NCBI GenBank assembly: GCA_963840455.1
Contig: CAWIYV010000007.1
Coordinates: 352,001 to 416,000 of the forward strand
Source of the DNA: Nitrospirota bacterium
Lineage (GTDB): Bacteria > Nitrospirota > UBA9217
Length of the DNA: 64,000 nt
Direction of reading: 5' to 3'
The notes below the pieces were generated by a model, which was given only the letters and a program-made list of their open reading frames with translations, searched no databases and had not been told where the DNA came from. The position numbers were made by a program, and so were the translations under genes. Shown piece by piece: positions 30,857 through 40,307 of this stretch. Position 1 is the stretch's first letter. Each line of letters starts with the position of its first letter.

Positions 30857-31301
30857 ATGAAGAATAAGGCGACCGAACAGCTTTCCGACTATCTGGCAGG
30901 CCAAGGGCTCAAGTCTACCCGGCAGCGCGACAGGATTCTTGAGGTCTTCGTGTCTGCAAGACGCCATCTGAGCGCCGAGGAACTATATCTCCTGATCAAG
31001 AACGACCGACCAGGGGATCGGCTATGCCACGGTCTACCGGACGCTGAAGCTGCTTACTGAGGCCGGATTGGCCCATGAACGCCGATTCGAGGACGGGATC
31101 ACCCGCTTTGAATTCAACGCTGCCGAGGGACACCATGACCATCTGATCTGTATCCGTTGCGGCAGGATCATCGAATTCGAGAACGAGCAGATCGAGGCGC
31201 TCCAGCGGGGTGTGGCAAAAAAGAACAAGTTCCAGGTCCACAGCCATAAACTGGAACTTTACGGACATTGCGCAGGATGTCAGAAAAAAGGTACGGGGTA
31301 G
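30857..31301 (+). CDS. fur: Ferric uptake regulator Fur (one +1 frameshift near 31000-31015, probably a sequencing error)
   Basis: STRQR..ILE..HLSAEELY, then in the +1 frame GIGYATVYRTLKLL..HHDHLICIRCG..LYGHCAGC. Confidence 0.88.
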
Positions 31302-31361
31302 AAAGACCGCGGGACGTACGATACTGCCCTGCCGGACGTTGAAAGCGAGGAAGTACCAGGC

Positions 31362-33347
31362 ATGCATGACCATGGTTCCAAAGAAGGATCGAGCTATCGT
31401 GACTCGAGCCTGCGCAAGATACTCCTGATCGGGAACCCCAACGTGGGCAAGAGCGCGCTCTTCGGGCTTCTCACCGGAACTTACGTTACTGTTTCAAATT
31501 ACCCGGGCACCACGGTGGAGGTGACCTACGGCAATGCGGTCCTGAACAAGGCGCGCTCCCTGGTCATCGATACCCCCGGGGTGAACAGCCTGGTTCCCAT
31601 GTCCGAGGACGAGAAAGTAACCCGGGACATGCTCCTCTCCGACCGCTCTGATGTGGTCGTTCAGGTTGCCGATACAAAGAATCTGCGGAGAGGTCTTTTG
31701 ATCACGCTCCAGCTCGCTGAGATGGCGGTCCCGTTCATCCTCGATCTCAACATGGATGATGAAGCACGGAGCCGGGGCATCATCATTGACCAGGAGAAGC
31801 TCTCACAGCTTCTCGGCATCGAAGTGGTCAAGACCGTGGCCATACGGCGGAGCGGGATCGACAAGCTCCTGAAGGGCATTCAGCATCCCCGTCCGTCTCC
31901 CGTAGAAGTGCGGTACGACGATGCGATCGAGGGCGGAATACGAGACATCTCGGCACTGCTGCCGGAGGCGCCTATTGCGGGAAGGGCGATCGCGCTGATG
32001 GTCCTCTCCGGAGATGAAAGCCTCAAGGGCTGGCTCCACGCGAACCTCCAGGACCATGTCGTTGCGGATATCGAAAAGATCCGGCAGGACGTTCAGGCGA
32101 AGTACAACAACTCGCTGGGCTATCTGATCAACCAGCGCAGGATCAAGAAGGCCGACGAGATCCTCGCGCAGGTGCTGGACCTGCACGAGGCCGGGAAGGG
32201 ATCTGCCATTGCGTTCCACATTGGCAAATGGTCAATGCATCCCGTCTATGGCCTGCCGATCCTGTTCGCGGTGCTCTACGTTGTCTATCAGTTCGTCGGC
32301 GTCTTTGGCGCGGGAACTGCAGTCAATTTTCTGGAAAAAACGGTCTTCGGAGAATATCTGAATCCATGGATGACGAAGATCGTTCACTTCATCGTTCCGG
32401 TTCCCTTTCTCCAAGAGCTCCTGATAGGCGACTACGGTCTGTTCACCATGGCGATCACCTACGCCATCGCCATTGTTCTTCCTATCGTCGGATTCTTCTT
32501 TATCGCATTCAGCATCCTGGAAGACTCCGGCTATCTCCCCCGGCTGGCAGTCATGGTGAACAAGGTGTTCAAGATCATGGGATTGAACGGAAAGGCAGTG
32601 CTGCCCATGATACTCGGCTTGGGCTGCGATACCATGGCCACCCTCACGACCCGCATCCTGGAAACAAAAAAAGAGCGGATCCTGGTGACGCTTCTCCTGG
32701 CCCTCGGCGTGCCCTGCTCCGCCCAGCTCGGCGTTATCCTCGGACTGGTGGCAGGGCTCTCCGTACTGGCCATGGGCATCTGGGTATTCACACTCATATC
32801 GATGATGCTTCTCGTCGGGTATCTTGCGGCAAAGGTCATCCCCGGTGAGCCGTCGGACTTTGTTCTCGAGCTGCCTCCGATCCGTGTGCCGCAACTTGCG
32901 AACATCCTGGTCAAGACCCTCGCCCGCGTTCAATGGTATTTAAAAGAGGCGGTACCCCTCTTCATCCTCGGTACCTTCATCCTGTTCGTAGGGCATAAAA
33001 TCGGGGCCCTTGCGTATATCCAAAAGATCACCGACCCGATCGTGGTGAATTTCCTTGGATTGCCGAGCCGGGCCGCAGAGGCATTTGTGATCGGGTTCCT
33101 GCGACGGGATTACGGCGCTGCCGGGCTTTTTATGCTTGCCAAAGAAGGGCTGCTCGATCCCATTCAGATCGTGGTCAGTCTCACGGTAATGACCCTGTTC
33201 GTGCCCTGCATCGCGAACTTTTTCATGATGGTGAAGGAGCGGGGATTGAGAACGGCGCTGTATATGTCTGCGTTCATATTTCCCTTTGCCTTCGGCGTGG
33301 GTGGAGCGTTGAACTGGCTGCTCAGGACGTTCAATGTTGCATTGTAG
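31362..33347 (+). CDS. feoB: Ferrous iron transporter FeoB
   Basis: GNPNVGKS, NYPGTTV, DTPG, LEDSGYLPR, GLGC, VPCSA. Confidence 0.95.
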   Translation: MHDHGSKEGSSYRDSSLRKILLIGNPNVGKSALFGLLTGTYVTVSNYPGTTVEVTYGNAVLNKARSLVIDTPGVNSLVPMSEDEKVTRDMLLSDRSDVVVQVADTKNLRRGLLITLQLAEMAVPFILDLNMDDEARSRGIIIDQEKLSQLLGIEVVKTVAIRRSGIDKLLKGIQHPRPSPVEVRYDDAIEGGIRDISALLPEAPIAGRAIALMVLSGDESLKGWLHANLQDHVVADIEKIRQDVQAKYNNSLGYLINQRRIKKADEILAQVLDLHEAGKGSAIAFHIGKWSMHPVYGLPILFAVLYVVYQFVGVFGAGTAVNFLEKTVFGEYLNPWMTKIVHFIVPVPFLQELLIGDYGLFTMAITYAIAIVLPIVGFFFIAFSILEDSGYLPRLAVMVNKVFKIMGLNGKAVLPMILGLGCDTMATLTTRILETKKERILVTLLLALGVPCSAQLGVILGLVAGLSVLAMGIWVFTLISMMLLVGYLAAKVIPGEPSDFVLELPPIRVPQLANILVKTLARVQWYLKEAVPLFILGTFILFVGHKIGALAYIQKITDPIVVNFLGLPSRAAEAFVIGFLRRDYGAAGLFMLAKEGLLDPIQIVVSLTVMTLFVPCIANFFMMVKERGLRTALYMSAFIFPFAFGVGGALNWLLRTFNVAL

Positions 33348-33385
33348 CAAGTGGTACATTTGACGAGAGACGGGAGGTGGGCATT

Positions 33386-34096
33386 ATGGCTGAAAAGAAA
33401 AGATTTCGCGGAGGAGAGGGACAAGCCGGACATCCGGCCCTGTGCGTTTTACCCGAAGTCGAGAAAGAAGATGAGGTTCTGGAGGTGCTGTGGACTCTCA
33501 GGGAAGAGGGAATGCTGAAATGGGATAATATACTTCAGAGTTGTCAAATCGATGGCTGTGAAGAAGTCCTGAGAGGACTTGACAAGAACGGATGGATCGA
33601 CGTAAAGGATCAGGTCGTTGAACTGCTCCCGAAAGGCGAGAAGAGGGCGAGAGAACTCGTTCGGCGGCACCGGCTGTCACTACGAATGTTTTTTGACCTG
33701 TTCGCCCTGGATGGCGCCGAGGCGGAGGCCTGCAAGTTCGAGCATATATTGTCGCCCGAGGTAACGGACAGCGTATGTACCCTGCTCGGCCATCCGCCTA
33801 ACTCTCCGGACGGCAAGCCCATTCCCCGGGGCGAATGTTGCGCTATGTTCCGGCAGGAAATGAAGCCGCTCGTGGCCCCGCTAGCCGATCTGTCACCTGG
33901 AGATCAAGCCAAAATTGTATTCATCACACCGGGTTCCCACTCGCGACTCGACCGGCTATCTGCCATGGGTGTTGTGCCCGGCAGTATCGTGAAACTTCAT
34001 CAGAAGAAGCCATCTTACGTGATCCAGCTCGGCGAGACCATGATCGCCGTAGACAAGGACATTACGAAGGAGATCTTCGTAAAGAAGGTGAAGTAA
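33386..34096 (+). CDS. DtxR/IdeR-family metal-dependent regulator with C-terminal FeoA domain
   Basis: RRHRL, EACKFEH, P.G.PIP, then FeoA-like RLSAMGVVPG. Confidence 0.85.
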   Translation: MAEKKRFRGGEGQAGHPALCVLPEVEKEDEVLEVLWTLREEGMLKWDNILQSCQIDGCEEVLRGLDKNGWIDVKDQVVELLPKGEKRARELVRRHRLSLRMFFDLFALDGAEAEACKFEHILSPEVTDSVCTLLGHPPNSPDGKPIPRGECCAMFRQEMKPLVAPLADLSPGDQAKIVFITPGSHSRLDRLSAMGVVPGSIVKLHQKKPSYVIQLGETMIAVDKDITKEIFVKKVK

Positions 34097-34354
34097 GTGG
34101 AGCGTGCTGATCATGTCATTTCGCCAGGTATTTCCGTTAAGCTTTCACCGAGGGATTTTTTAATGTTTGGTTTCCTACAAGCACCCCCAACGATAATATC
34201 AACATCCCTGCCGCTGCCGCTTCAATGATGACACGGTTCACGCTTATCAACGGTATCCAGCGAAATTCACGTAGCATCGTTTGTTAAGATATCAGGAGAC
34301 GGTCGCCCCCGGCAAGCCGGACAAGACCCGGTTCCCGTGAACGTCAGGCAAATC

Positions 34355-34382
34355 TTGACAAAGAGAGAGTCTTAGGTATACT
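34355..34382 (+). promoter_or_regulatory. Sigma70 promoter upstream of the response regulator
   Basis: TTGACA-16-TATACT. Confidence 0.5.
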
Positions 34383-34463
34383 TGACACCATATCCAGTAA
34401 GCATGTTAATCAATAGGGCCGGTCTTGATAGATAACAGCAACTGATCACGGTGGACAAAAACA

Positions 34464-34844
34464 ATGAAGACCATTCTACTCGTCGATGATGAATTAGAGA
34501 TCCTGAAGAGCCTTGGGGAGATTCTGACCCGGTTCGGGTACCAGGTGATCGCCAAACAGGCGGCGCAAGAGGCATTGGCCTCAGTGAAGGATGGGGCGAA
34601 TATCGACCTGGTGATCACAGACTACCGGATGCCGGGTATGGATGGCCTCGAATTCCTGAACGCTCTCCGACAGATGGATCCGTCGGTTCCGGTGATCATG
34701 TTGACGGCATACGGCGCGGTAGAGTCCTACCTCAAATCGTTGAGCCTTGGCGTTTTCGAATACGTCAATAAACCGATCAAAGCAAAAGATCTCGGCAGGA
34801 TCGTGCAGGCTGCGATCAATTCCGCGGAGCCGACAGGAACATAG
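34464..34844 (+). CDS. Single-domain response regulator (receiver)
   Basis: ILLVDDE, ITDYRMPGMDG, LTAY, KP. Confidence 0.92.
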   Translation: MKTILLVDDELEILKSLGEILTRFGYQVIAKQAAQEALASVKDGANIDLVITDYRMPGMDGLEFLNALRQMDPSVPVIMLTAYGAVESYLKSLSLGVFEYVNKPIKAKDLGRIVQAAINSAEPTGT

Positions 34845-34961
34845 CGGGCCCATCAACGCGCCGACCTGCTGCGGGGAAATATTCTGAAAGAAGCCATGGC
34901 CCTGTGTCCCGGGGAAAAACGGGTTTGACAGGCTATGCCTTTTATGATTAAATAGCCACCA

Positions 34962-35492
34962 ATGAATGCGGACACATCAGGCTTCAAATTGCATGACATC
35001 CTTCTTCTGATCGGGATGGAAGGTCGAACGGGCGAGCTTGTCGTGGAGTCGGGGAACAATATCGGCACGCTTCTGTTCCAGGACGGAAAGATCCTGCTTG
35101 CCTTCTCGCCCTATACCCGTGCGATCGGAGATCTTCTTGTCGAGCAGGGGGCGGTCACCGACGCCGAGCTCCTGGATGTCCTGAAGCAACAGATGACCGG
35201 TCCCCATACACCCGTAGGGGCGCTGCTTCTCAAGACCGGCAAGGTCACGTTCAAGATCATCGAAGCTATGGTCCAGGAACAGATCCGGAGGGCGGTGAAG
35301 GATTTCAGCACATGGAGCCCGCTCGAGTTTATTTTTGTCCGGAAGGATGTCCGATCGTTCGACAGTATCCATCTCCCGGTGTATGAGTTCATCCCCCACG
35401 ATGCCGTAAAGGCCTCGCTGGACTTCGTTGCCGGAATGGCGAACGTCCTCGGCACATCCGCTGCGATGACCGCTCCGGTCTCCAACCCGTAG
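34962..35492 (+). CDS. DUF4388 (PATAN-like) domain protein
   Basis: L.DILLLI....RTGEL, F.DGKI, IGDLLVEQG. Confidence 0.72.
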   Translation: MNADTSGFKLHDILLLIGMEGRTGELVVESGNNIGTLLFQDGKILLAFSPYTRAIGDLLVEQGAVTDAELLDVLKQQMTGPHTPVGALLLKTGKVTFKIIEAMVQEQIRRAVKDFSTWSPLEFIFVRKDVRSFDSIHLPVYEFIPHDAVKASLDFVAGMANVLGTSAAMTAPVSNP

Positions 35493-35519
35493 TACGCTCG
35501 TGCTCCTACCGCTCGTTCT

Positions 35520-36065
35520 CTACTCACCGCGCAACGTCGTACGCAGTTTTTCCCTCGCCTTGTTGAACAGATCGCGACTGTATTGAGAACGGAAATCAGG
35601 ATAGGTGTGGTCGACCGCAATGTAGGTTCCGCTGTTCTTCGAATAGTGGAGCGTCGATTCCGCATAGATGCCCTCGCCGATATAGATCCGGTGGGGAAAG
35701 TCCTTGGTGGTCGCCAGAACGACCTTCGCCTCCGTAATGTATCCCGGGTCAAGGTTGACCGCCCGCTGAGATGTCGATACGGTCATGCGGGAAAGCTCTT
35801 CTTCGAGATGCATGCTATGAAGCTTGATGCGGGAAAGGTCTCCGGGGTCGATCAGGCGTTCGAAGAAGATAAACATCCTGCGCAGATCCGTCCCCATCTC
35901 ATCCCGGTAATAGTCGGTATGTTCCCATCGTAGGACCTCGCTCCGTATGTCCACCGGTCCAAAGGTGCCGGCGAGACGTTCGGCGCACGTTTGGAAAAGT
36001 CCGGGGTTCTGGGATATCATACCAATGAAGAGCTTGGCCGGTATTGGCGCATGAAGCTTGCCCAT
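35520..36065 (-). CDS. DUF4416 family protein
   Basis: TDYY..EMG, R.VNLDPGY, LATTK.F.HRIY, TYPDF. Confidence 0.8.
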   Translation of the reverse strand: MGKLHAPIPAKLFIGMISQNPGLFQTCAERLAGTFGPVDIRSEVLRWEHTDYYRDEMGTDLRRMFIFFERLIDPGDLSRIKLHSMHLEEELSRMTVSTSQRAVNLDPGYITEAKVVLATTKDFPHRIYIGEGIYAESTLHYSKNSGTYIAVDHTYPDFRSQYSRDLFNKAREKLRTTLRGE

Positions 36066-36070
36066 GGACC

Positions 36071-36985
36071 TTACGGCTGCAGAAAGGAGGCCAGTCCGCC
36101 GGCGCCGGTGAGGGGAAGCTCCAGTTCAACCTCGACCTTACCTCCGTCCATGTCCCGTTCCGCCGCTATGCGGTATCCCTGGAGGTATCCCTGGAGCTTT
36201 TGAGCAAATGTTCCTTCGCCGAAGGACTCGGTGAGCCTCTGTCCGGGGCCCACGTTGATCAGTTCGACAATCCTGAGGAGGTTGCGTTCCGCGTCGGCAA
36301 CGGCGGCCCGCTTTGCCATCTCGCGCCTGATGGTCGGTGTGGGCGCCTGTTTGGGAGGAAAGCCGATGCCGCGTGCGCGTGCTTTACCTGTGCTCCAGTC
36401 GATGCCTTCGATCGCGGTGATATAGAGCATGCGGATATCCTGGGTCGTCCTCCGGTCGTCCGACACGCCGATGGCGATGGAATTGTCCGCGTATCCCGGC
36501 GAGCTGACCTGCAGGGTGTAGCGTCCCGCCGGAAGTCCCTCGAACTCGTACTTCCCATCGGCGCTCGTGTTGACCGCTGCCCGTTCGATGCCTTCAGCGA
36601 GGAGCACGACGTGATTTCCCGTGCCCGTTGCCAGGATCTTGCCCGTTATGCTGCCGGTGCCTTTTGGCACAGCAAGAGAGATAGGTGCTAGGGATGTCGT
36701 TTCGCCGGATCTTACGACGATCCCGGACAGTGTCAGGGGATAGGGGGACGACGGAGCCGTCACCTTTATCTCATAAGTGCCGGCCGGGAGAACGATCCGG
36801 AACCTGCCATCCTGCGTCCCAGCGTCCGCCTGAGCTAAGGTCCTCCCCTGCAGCAGCGCGACAATGCGGATGCCTGCTCCGGCCGGCGAGACTTGGCCTT
36901 CAACAGTCCCATCTTTCCTGCCGGGACAGGCGGTAAGGACAAGAAGCGAAAGAAGAATAAGACCGGTGATGCGGAAACTGCGCAT
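36071..36985 (-). CDS. Lipoprotein with two carboxypeptidase-regulatory-like domains and a C-terminal LPP20-like domain
   Basis: Lipobox LTAC; LPAGTY and LPAGRY repeats; IDWSTGKARARGIG..MAKRAAVADAERNLL. Confidence 0.72.
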   Translation of the reverse strand: MRSFRITGLILLSLLVLTACPGRKDGTVEGQVSPAGAGIRIVALLQGRTLAQADAGTQDGRFRIVLPAGTYEIKVTAPSSPYPLTLSGIVVRSGETTSLAPISLAVPKGTGSITGKILATGTGNHVVLLAEGIERAAVNTSADGKYEFEGLPAGRYTLQVSSPGYADNSIAIGVSDDRRTTQDIRMLYITAIEGIDWSTGKARARGIGFPPKQAPTPTIRREMAKRAAVADAERNLLRIVELINVGPGQRLTESFGEGTFAQKLQGYLQGYRIAAERDMDGGKVEVELELPLTGAGGLASFLQP

Positions 36986-37051
36986 GGCGACCTCCCGACG
37001 TAAATTTTGAGAAGTATAGCATAAATTATACCCTCGGTCACTTGACCTAAT

Positions 37052-37076
37052 TTATAGGATTAATACGGTCCGGTAT
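37052..37076. promoter_or_regulatory. Candidate Rrf2 (IscR type-1-like) operator
   Basis: TTATAGGATTAATACGGTCCGGTAT matches 18/25 positions of ATASYYGACTRWWWYAGTCRRSTAT and sits just upstream of the -35 box. Confidence 0.4.
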
Positions 37077-37082
37077 TATCCC

Positions 37083-37110
37083 TTGACAATATCGTACGGT
37101 TTGCTATAGT
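37083..37110 (+). promoter_or_regulatory. Sigma70 promoter of the rrf2-cco operon (probably leaderless)
   Basis: TTGACA-16-(TGc)TATAGT, 6 nt before ATG 37117. Confidence 0.6.
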
Positions 37111-37116
37111 AAACAC

Positions 37117-37524
37117 ATGCAGCTGACTCGTGAAGGTGATTACGGAATTCGCAGCGTACTCTATCTGGCACGGCAACCGTACAAGAAGATCAGTTTCGTT
37201 ACCGAGATCTCGGAAGAGTACAAGATCCCGCGTAGTTTCCTCGCGAAAATCCTCCAGAAACTGGTGAAAGCCAAGATCGTCCGGTCCTATCGAGGCGTGA
37301 AAGGGGGGTTTTCCCTTGCCCGCCAGGCAAAGGACATCTCGGTCCTCGATGTGCTCGAAGCGATCGAGGGCAGGCTCGCGATGAACATCTGCCTGGCTGA
37401 CAAGAAGAAATGCGACTTTTCCCGCAACTGTCCGATCCATTCGGTTTGGGCCAGCGTACAGTCAAAGGTCGTCGAAGTTTTAAAAAAGTCGAATTTCGAG
37501 GACCTTTCCCGTCATAAGAATTAA
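37117..37524 (+). CDS. Rrf2 family transcriptional regulator with three C-terminal Cys (Fe-S type)
   Basis: FLAKILQKL, S.RG..GGF.LA, EAIEG, CLADKKKCDFSRNC. Confidence 0.9.
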   Translation: MQLTREGDYGIRSVLYLARQPYKKISFVTEISEEYKIPRSFLAKILQKLVKAKIVRSYRGVKGGFSLARQAKDISVLDVLEAIEGRLAMNICLADKKKCDFSRNCPIHSVWASVQSKVVEVLKKSNFEDLSRHKN

Positions 37525-37572
37525 ATCACCGAGATCGCCCGCTCAATCCCACCGTAACGAGGAAACCGGCAT

Positions 37573-38970
37573 ATGGCAAACGAGATCAAGTATGAGTACG
37601 ATGCAATTAAAGGTTTCGCTGTTTCATCGCTCTTCTGGGCGATCGTCGGGCTGCTCGTCGGGATCCTCATATCGATCCAGCTTGTATATCCCCAACTCAA
37701 TCTCACTTCGTGGCTGACCTACGGAAGGCTGCGTCCGATCCACACGAATGCGCTGATCTATGGATTCACGGTTCCCGCAGCATTCAGCATGTTCTTCTTT
37801 CTGGTCCAGCGGCTGGGGAGGGTCCCGCTGGCATTTCCCGGACTCGCGAGATTCACCCTTTACTTCTTCAACATCGCGATCGTCCTGGCGGCCCTATCTC
37901 TTTTCGCCGGCATGAGCCAGAGCAAGGAATACTCGGAACTTGAATGGCCTCTGGATGTCGGCGTCGTCGTTCTCTGGGTATTGTTTTCCATCAATATCAT
38001 CGCTACGATCATGAAACGGAAGGAAGAGCAGATGTATGTGTCGCTCTGGTATATCCTCGCCACGGTTGTCGGCGTTGCGATCGTGTACATCGGCAACAAT
38101 ATTTCGGTCCCCGTGTCCCTGTTCAAATCGTACTCTGCGTACGCCGGCGCCAATGACGCCAATGTCCAATGGTGGTTTGGACATAACGCCGTAGCCTTCG
38201 TGTTCACCACAATCCCGCTTGCGGTATTCTATTATGTTCTTCCCAAGACCACCGGAGTGCCGCTCTACAGCCACCGGCTTTCCATCATTGGATTCTGGTC
38301 CCTCGTATTCGCCTACCTCTGGACCGGCGCACACCATCTCATCTATACGCCGCTGCCGGACTGGATCCAGACCGTGGCGATCTCCTTCAGTATCTTTCTG
38401 ATCGCGCCGTCGTGGGCCTCGGTGATCAATGGTTACGGGACCATGGGCGGCCAATGGGAACAGATGCGGAGCAACTATCTCATCAAGTTCGTCATCCTGG
38501 GCATCACCTTCTACGGCCTCCAGACCATCCAGGGACCCAGCCAGGCGATCCGCTCCTTCAGCGCGTTGGTCCACTTCACGGATTGGGTCCCCGGCCATGT
38601 GCACATGGGCACCATGGGCTGGGTGACCATGACCCTGTCGGTCGGATTCTATTATATGCTGCCGCGGATCTATAACACAGAGATCTATAGCATCAAGCTC
38701 GCAAACGTGCACTTTTGGCTCGTACTCATCGGTCAGCTCATCTACTCCGTGACCATGTGGATCACCGGCATCCGGCAGGGCGCCATGTGGCAGGCCCTGA
38801 GCGCCGACGGGAGCCTGACCTACCCCAATTTCATACAGACACTGACGCCCAATTATCCCTTCTGGAACATGAGAACGATGGGCGGGCTCATTTTTTTCGC
38901 CGGATTCCTGGTGTTCGTGTTCAACATCTATAAGACCATCAAGCATGCTCCTGCTCCGCAAAAGGCATAA
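37573..38970 (+). CDS. ccoN: cbb3-type cytochrome c oxidase subunit I
   Basis: GRLRPIHTN, WWFGHNAV, Y.WTGAHH, GHVH. Confidence 0.95.
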   Translation: MANEIKYEYDAIKGFAVSSLFWAIVGLLVGILISIQLVYPQLNLTSWLTYGRLRPIHTNALIYGFTVPAAFSMFFFLVQRLGRVPLAFPGLARFTLYFFNIAIVLAALSLFAGMSQSKEYSELEWPLDVGVVVLWVLFSINIIATIMKRKEEQMYVSLWYILATVVGVAIVYIGNNISVPVSLFKSYSAYAGANDANVQWWFGHNAVAFVFTTIPLAVFYYVLPKTTGVPLYSHRLSIIGFWSLVFAYLWTGAHHLIYTPLPDWIQTVAISFSIFLIAPSWASVINGYGTMGGQWEQMRSNYLIKFVILGITFYGLQTIQGPSQAIRSFSALVHFTDWVPGHVHMGTMGWVTMTLSVGFYYMLPRIYNTEIYSIKLANVHFWLVLIGQLIYSVTMWITGIRQGAMWQALSADGSLTYPNFIQTLTPNYPFWNMRTMGGLIFFAGFLVFVFNIYKTIKHAPAPQKA

Positions 38971-39002
38971 GAACGAACCGAGAAGGGACCAAGGAGACAG
39001 AC

Positions 39003-39575
39003 ATGAACGTTGATAAGAAACCCGTAACCTTCATGATCCTGGCCGTGCTCGCCATCCTGGCGGGTACGCTTATCACGACCTTCATTCCTCTCTTTATCGG
39101 CACGGTCAATCCTTCCACGAAGAACGTGATACCCTATAATCCCCTCGAACTGGAAGGGCGGGATATTTACATCCGGGAAGGATGCAATAACTGTCATACC
39201 CAGACCGTCCGTCCGCTCGAGTTCGAGACCAAGCGCTACGGGAGCTATTCCCAGCTCGAGGACTCGGCCATCGACCGGCCTCACCTGTGGGGATCCAAGA
39301 GAACAGGCCCGGACCTCGCCCGTGTGGGCCGGAAGTATCCAGCTGCCTGGCATTATATGCACATGAAGAGCCCCCAGAGCATGTACGCTCAATCGAACAT
39401 GCCGTCCTATGCATGGCTCGCAGACAGCAAGCTCGATGGCCGCTACACCGAAAAGAAGATGAAGGTCCTGGGATATCCCTATTCGACAGAGGACCTGAAG
39501 GCACTGGACGGCAAGACCGAGATGGACGCCCTGGTCGCCTACCTCCTGCGATTGGGCAAGGAGCTGAGGTCGTGA
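39003..39575 (+). CDS. ccoO: cbb3-type cytochrome c oxidase subunit II
   Basis: GRDIYIREGCNNCH, WGSKRTGPDL, SNMPSY. Confidence 0.95.
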   Translation: MNVDKKPVTFMILAVLAILAGTLITTFIPLFIGTVNPSTKNVIPYNPLELEGRDIYIREGCNNCHTQTVRPLEFETKRYGSYSQLEDSAIDRPHLWGSKRTGPDLARVGRKYPAAWHYMHMKSPQSMYAQSNMPSYAWLADSKLDGRYTEKKMKVLGYPYSTEDLKALDGKTEMDALVAYLLRLGKELRS

Positions 39576-39718
39576 TGTCATTGAAGGCGTGGATCTATTT
39601 TGGATTTACGGCGCTGTTGACAGCGGTACTGGCGGGGCTCATGGTCTACCTGTTCCGGAGCAAGCGGAAAGAAAAGGTAGAGGCGCCGAAATACCGCATG
39701 CTGGAAGACGAGGATTAA
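39575..39718 (+). CDS. ccoQ: cbb3 oxidase small subunit CcoQ
   Basis: 47-aa single-TM protein MSLKAWIYFG...KYRMLEDED between ccoO and ccoP. Confidence 0.75.
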   Translation: MSLKAWIYFGFTALLTAVLAGLMVYLFRSKRKEKVEAPKYRMLEDED

Positions 39719-39739
39719 CTCAAGGATGAGGAGCCTGCC

Positions 39740-40222
39740 ATGTCCGAATATGACGGCATAACGGAACGCGAGGAAGGCAAAAAAAAGATGCCTCTCGGCA
39801 TGACGGTCCTGTTCATGGGCCTGATCATCTGCGGGCTTGTCTATATGTATCTGTTCATGCCCCAGACCACCGGCTGGTCGCAGGCAGGCCGGTACGAAGC
39901 GAAGATGAAGGCCCGGGAAGCCGCCATTACCGGTCAACCGAAGGCTGATGTGCATCCGGAAACGGAACATCAGCAGATGGTCTCGGCGGAACAAGGGAAA
40001 GAGGTCTATGCTGCCGAGTGCGCTGTCTGCCACGGAGCAAACCTTGAAGGGGGCATCGGACCGGCCCTCAAAGGCCCGAAGTTCAAATACGGAGCTACAC
40101 TGAAAGACCATGCCCGCGTAATTGCCAAGGGGACCCAGGAAGGTATGCCGGGATTCGAGCAATTGGGCGCAGGGAAGATCCAGAGCGTTGCAGCGTATAT
40201 CCACACAAGTCATCAGCATTAA
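39740..40222 (+). CDS. ccoP: cbb3 oxidase subunit III (short, monoheme)
   Basis: YDGITE N-terminal motif, one TM helix, single CAVCH, GIGPAL, GMP. Confidence 0.8.
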   Translation: MSEYDGITEREEGKKKMPLGMTVLFMGLIICGLVYMYLFMPQTTGWSQAGRYEAKMKAREAAITGQPKADVHPETEHQQMVSAEQGKEVYAAECAVCHGANLEGGIGPALKGPKFKYGATLKDHARVIAKGTQEGMPGFEQLGAGKIQSVAAYIHTSHQH

Positions 40223-40307
40223 TCTGCTGATGACCATGATCAGGTTACGAGAGCGCGGGTCAGGCATGAAGGTGCCTGACCCGTTTTGTTGAGAGGCGGG
40301 GATCGTC

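Noticed and set aside
30857-31301. Fur as a true pseudogene or programmed frameshift
   Set aside because: There is a single extra base, no slippery sequence, and all motifs and the Fur box are intact; most likely a sequencing error.
37573-38970. Nitric oxide reductase NorB
   Set aside because: It has the cbb3 helix-VII Tyr before WTGAHH and full ccoOQPGIS context.
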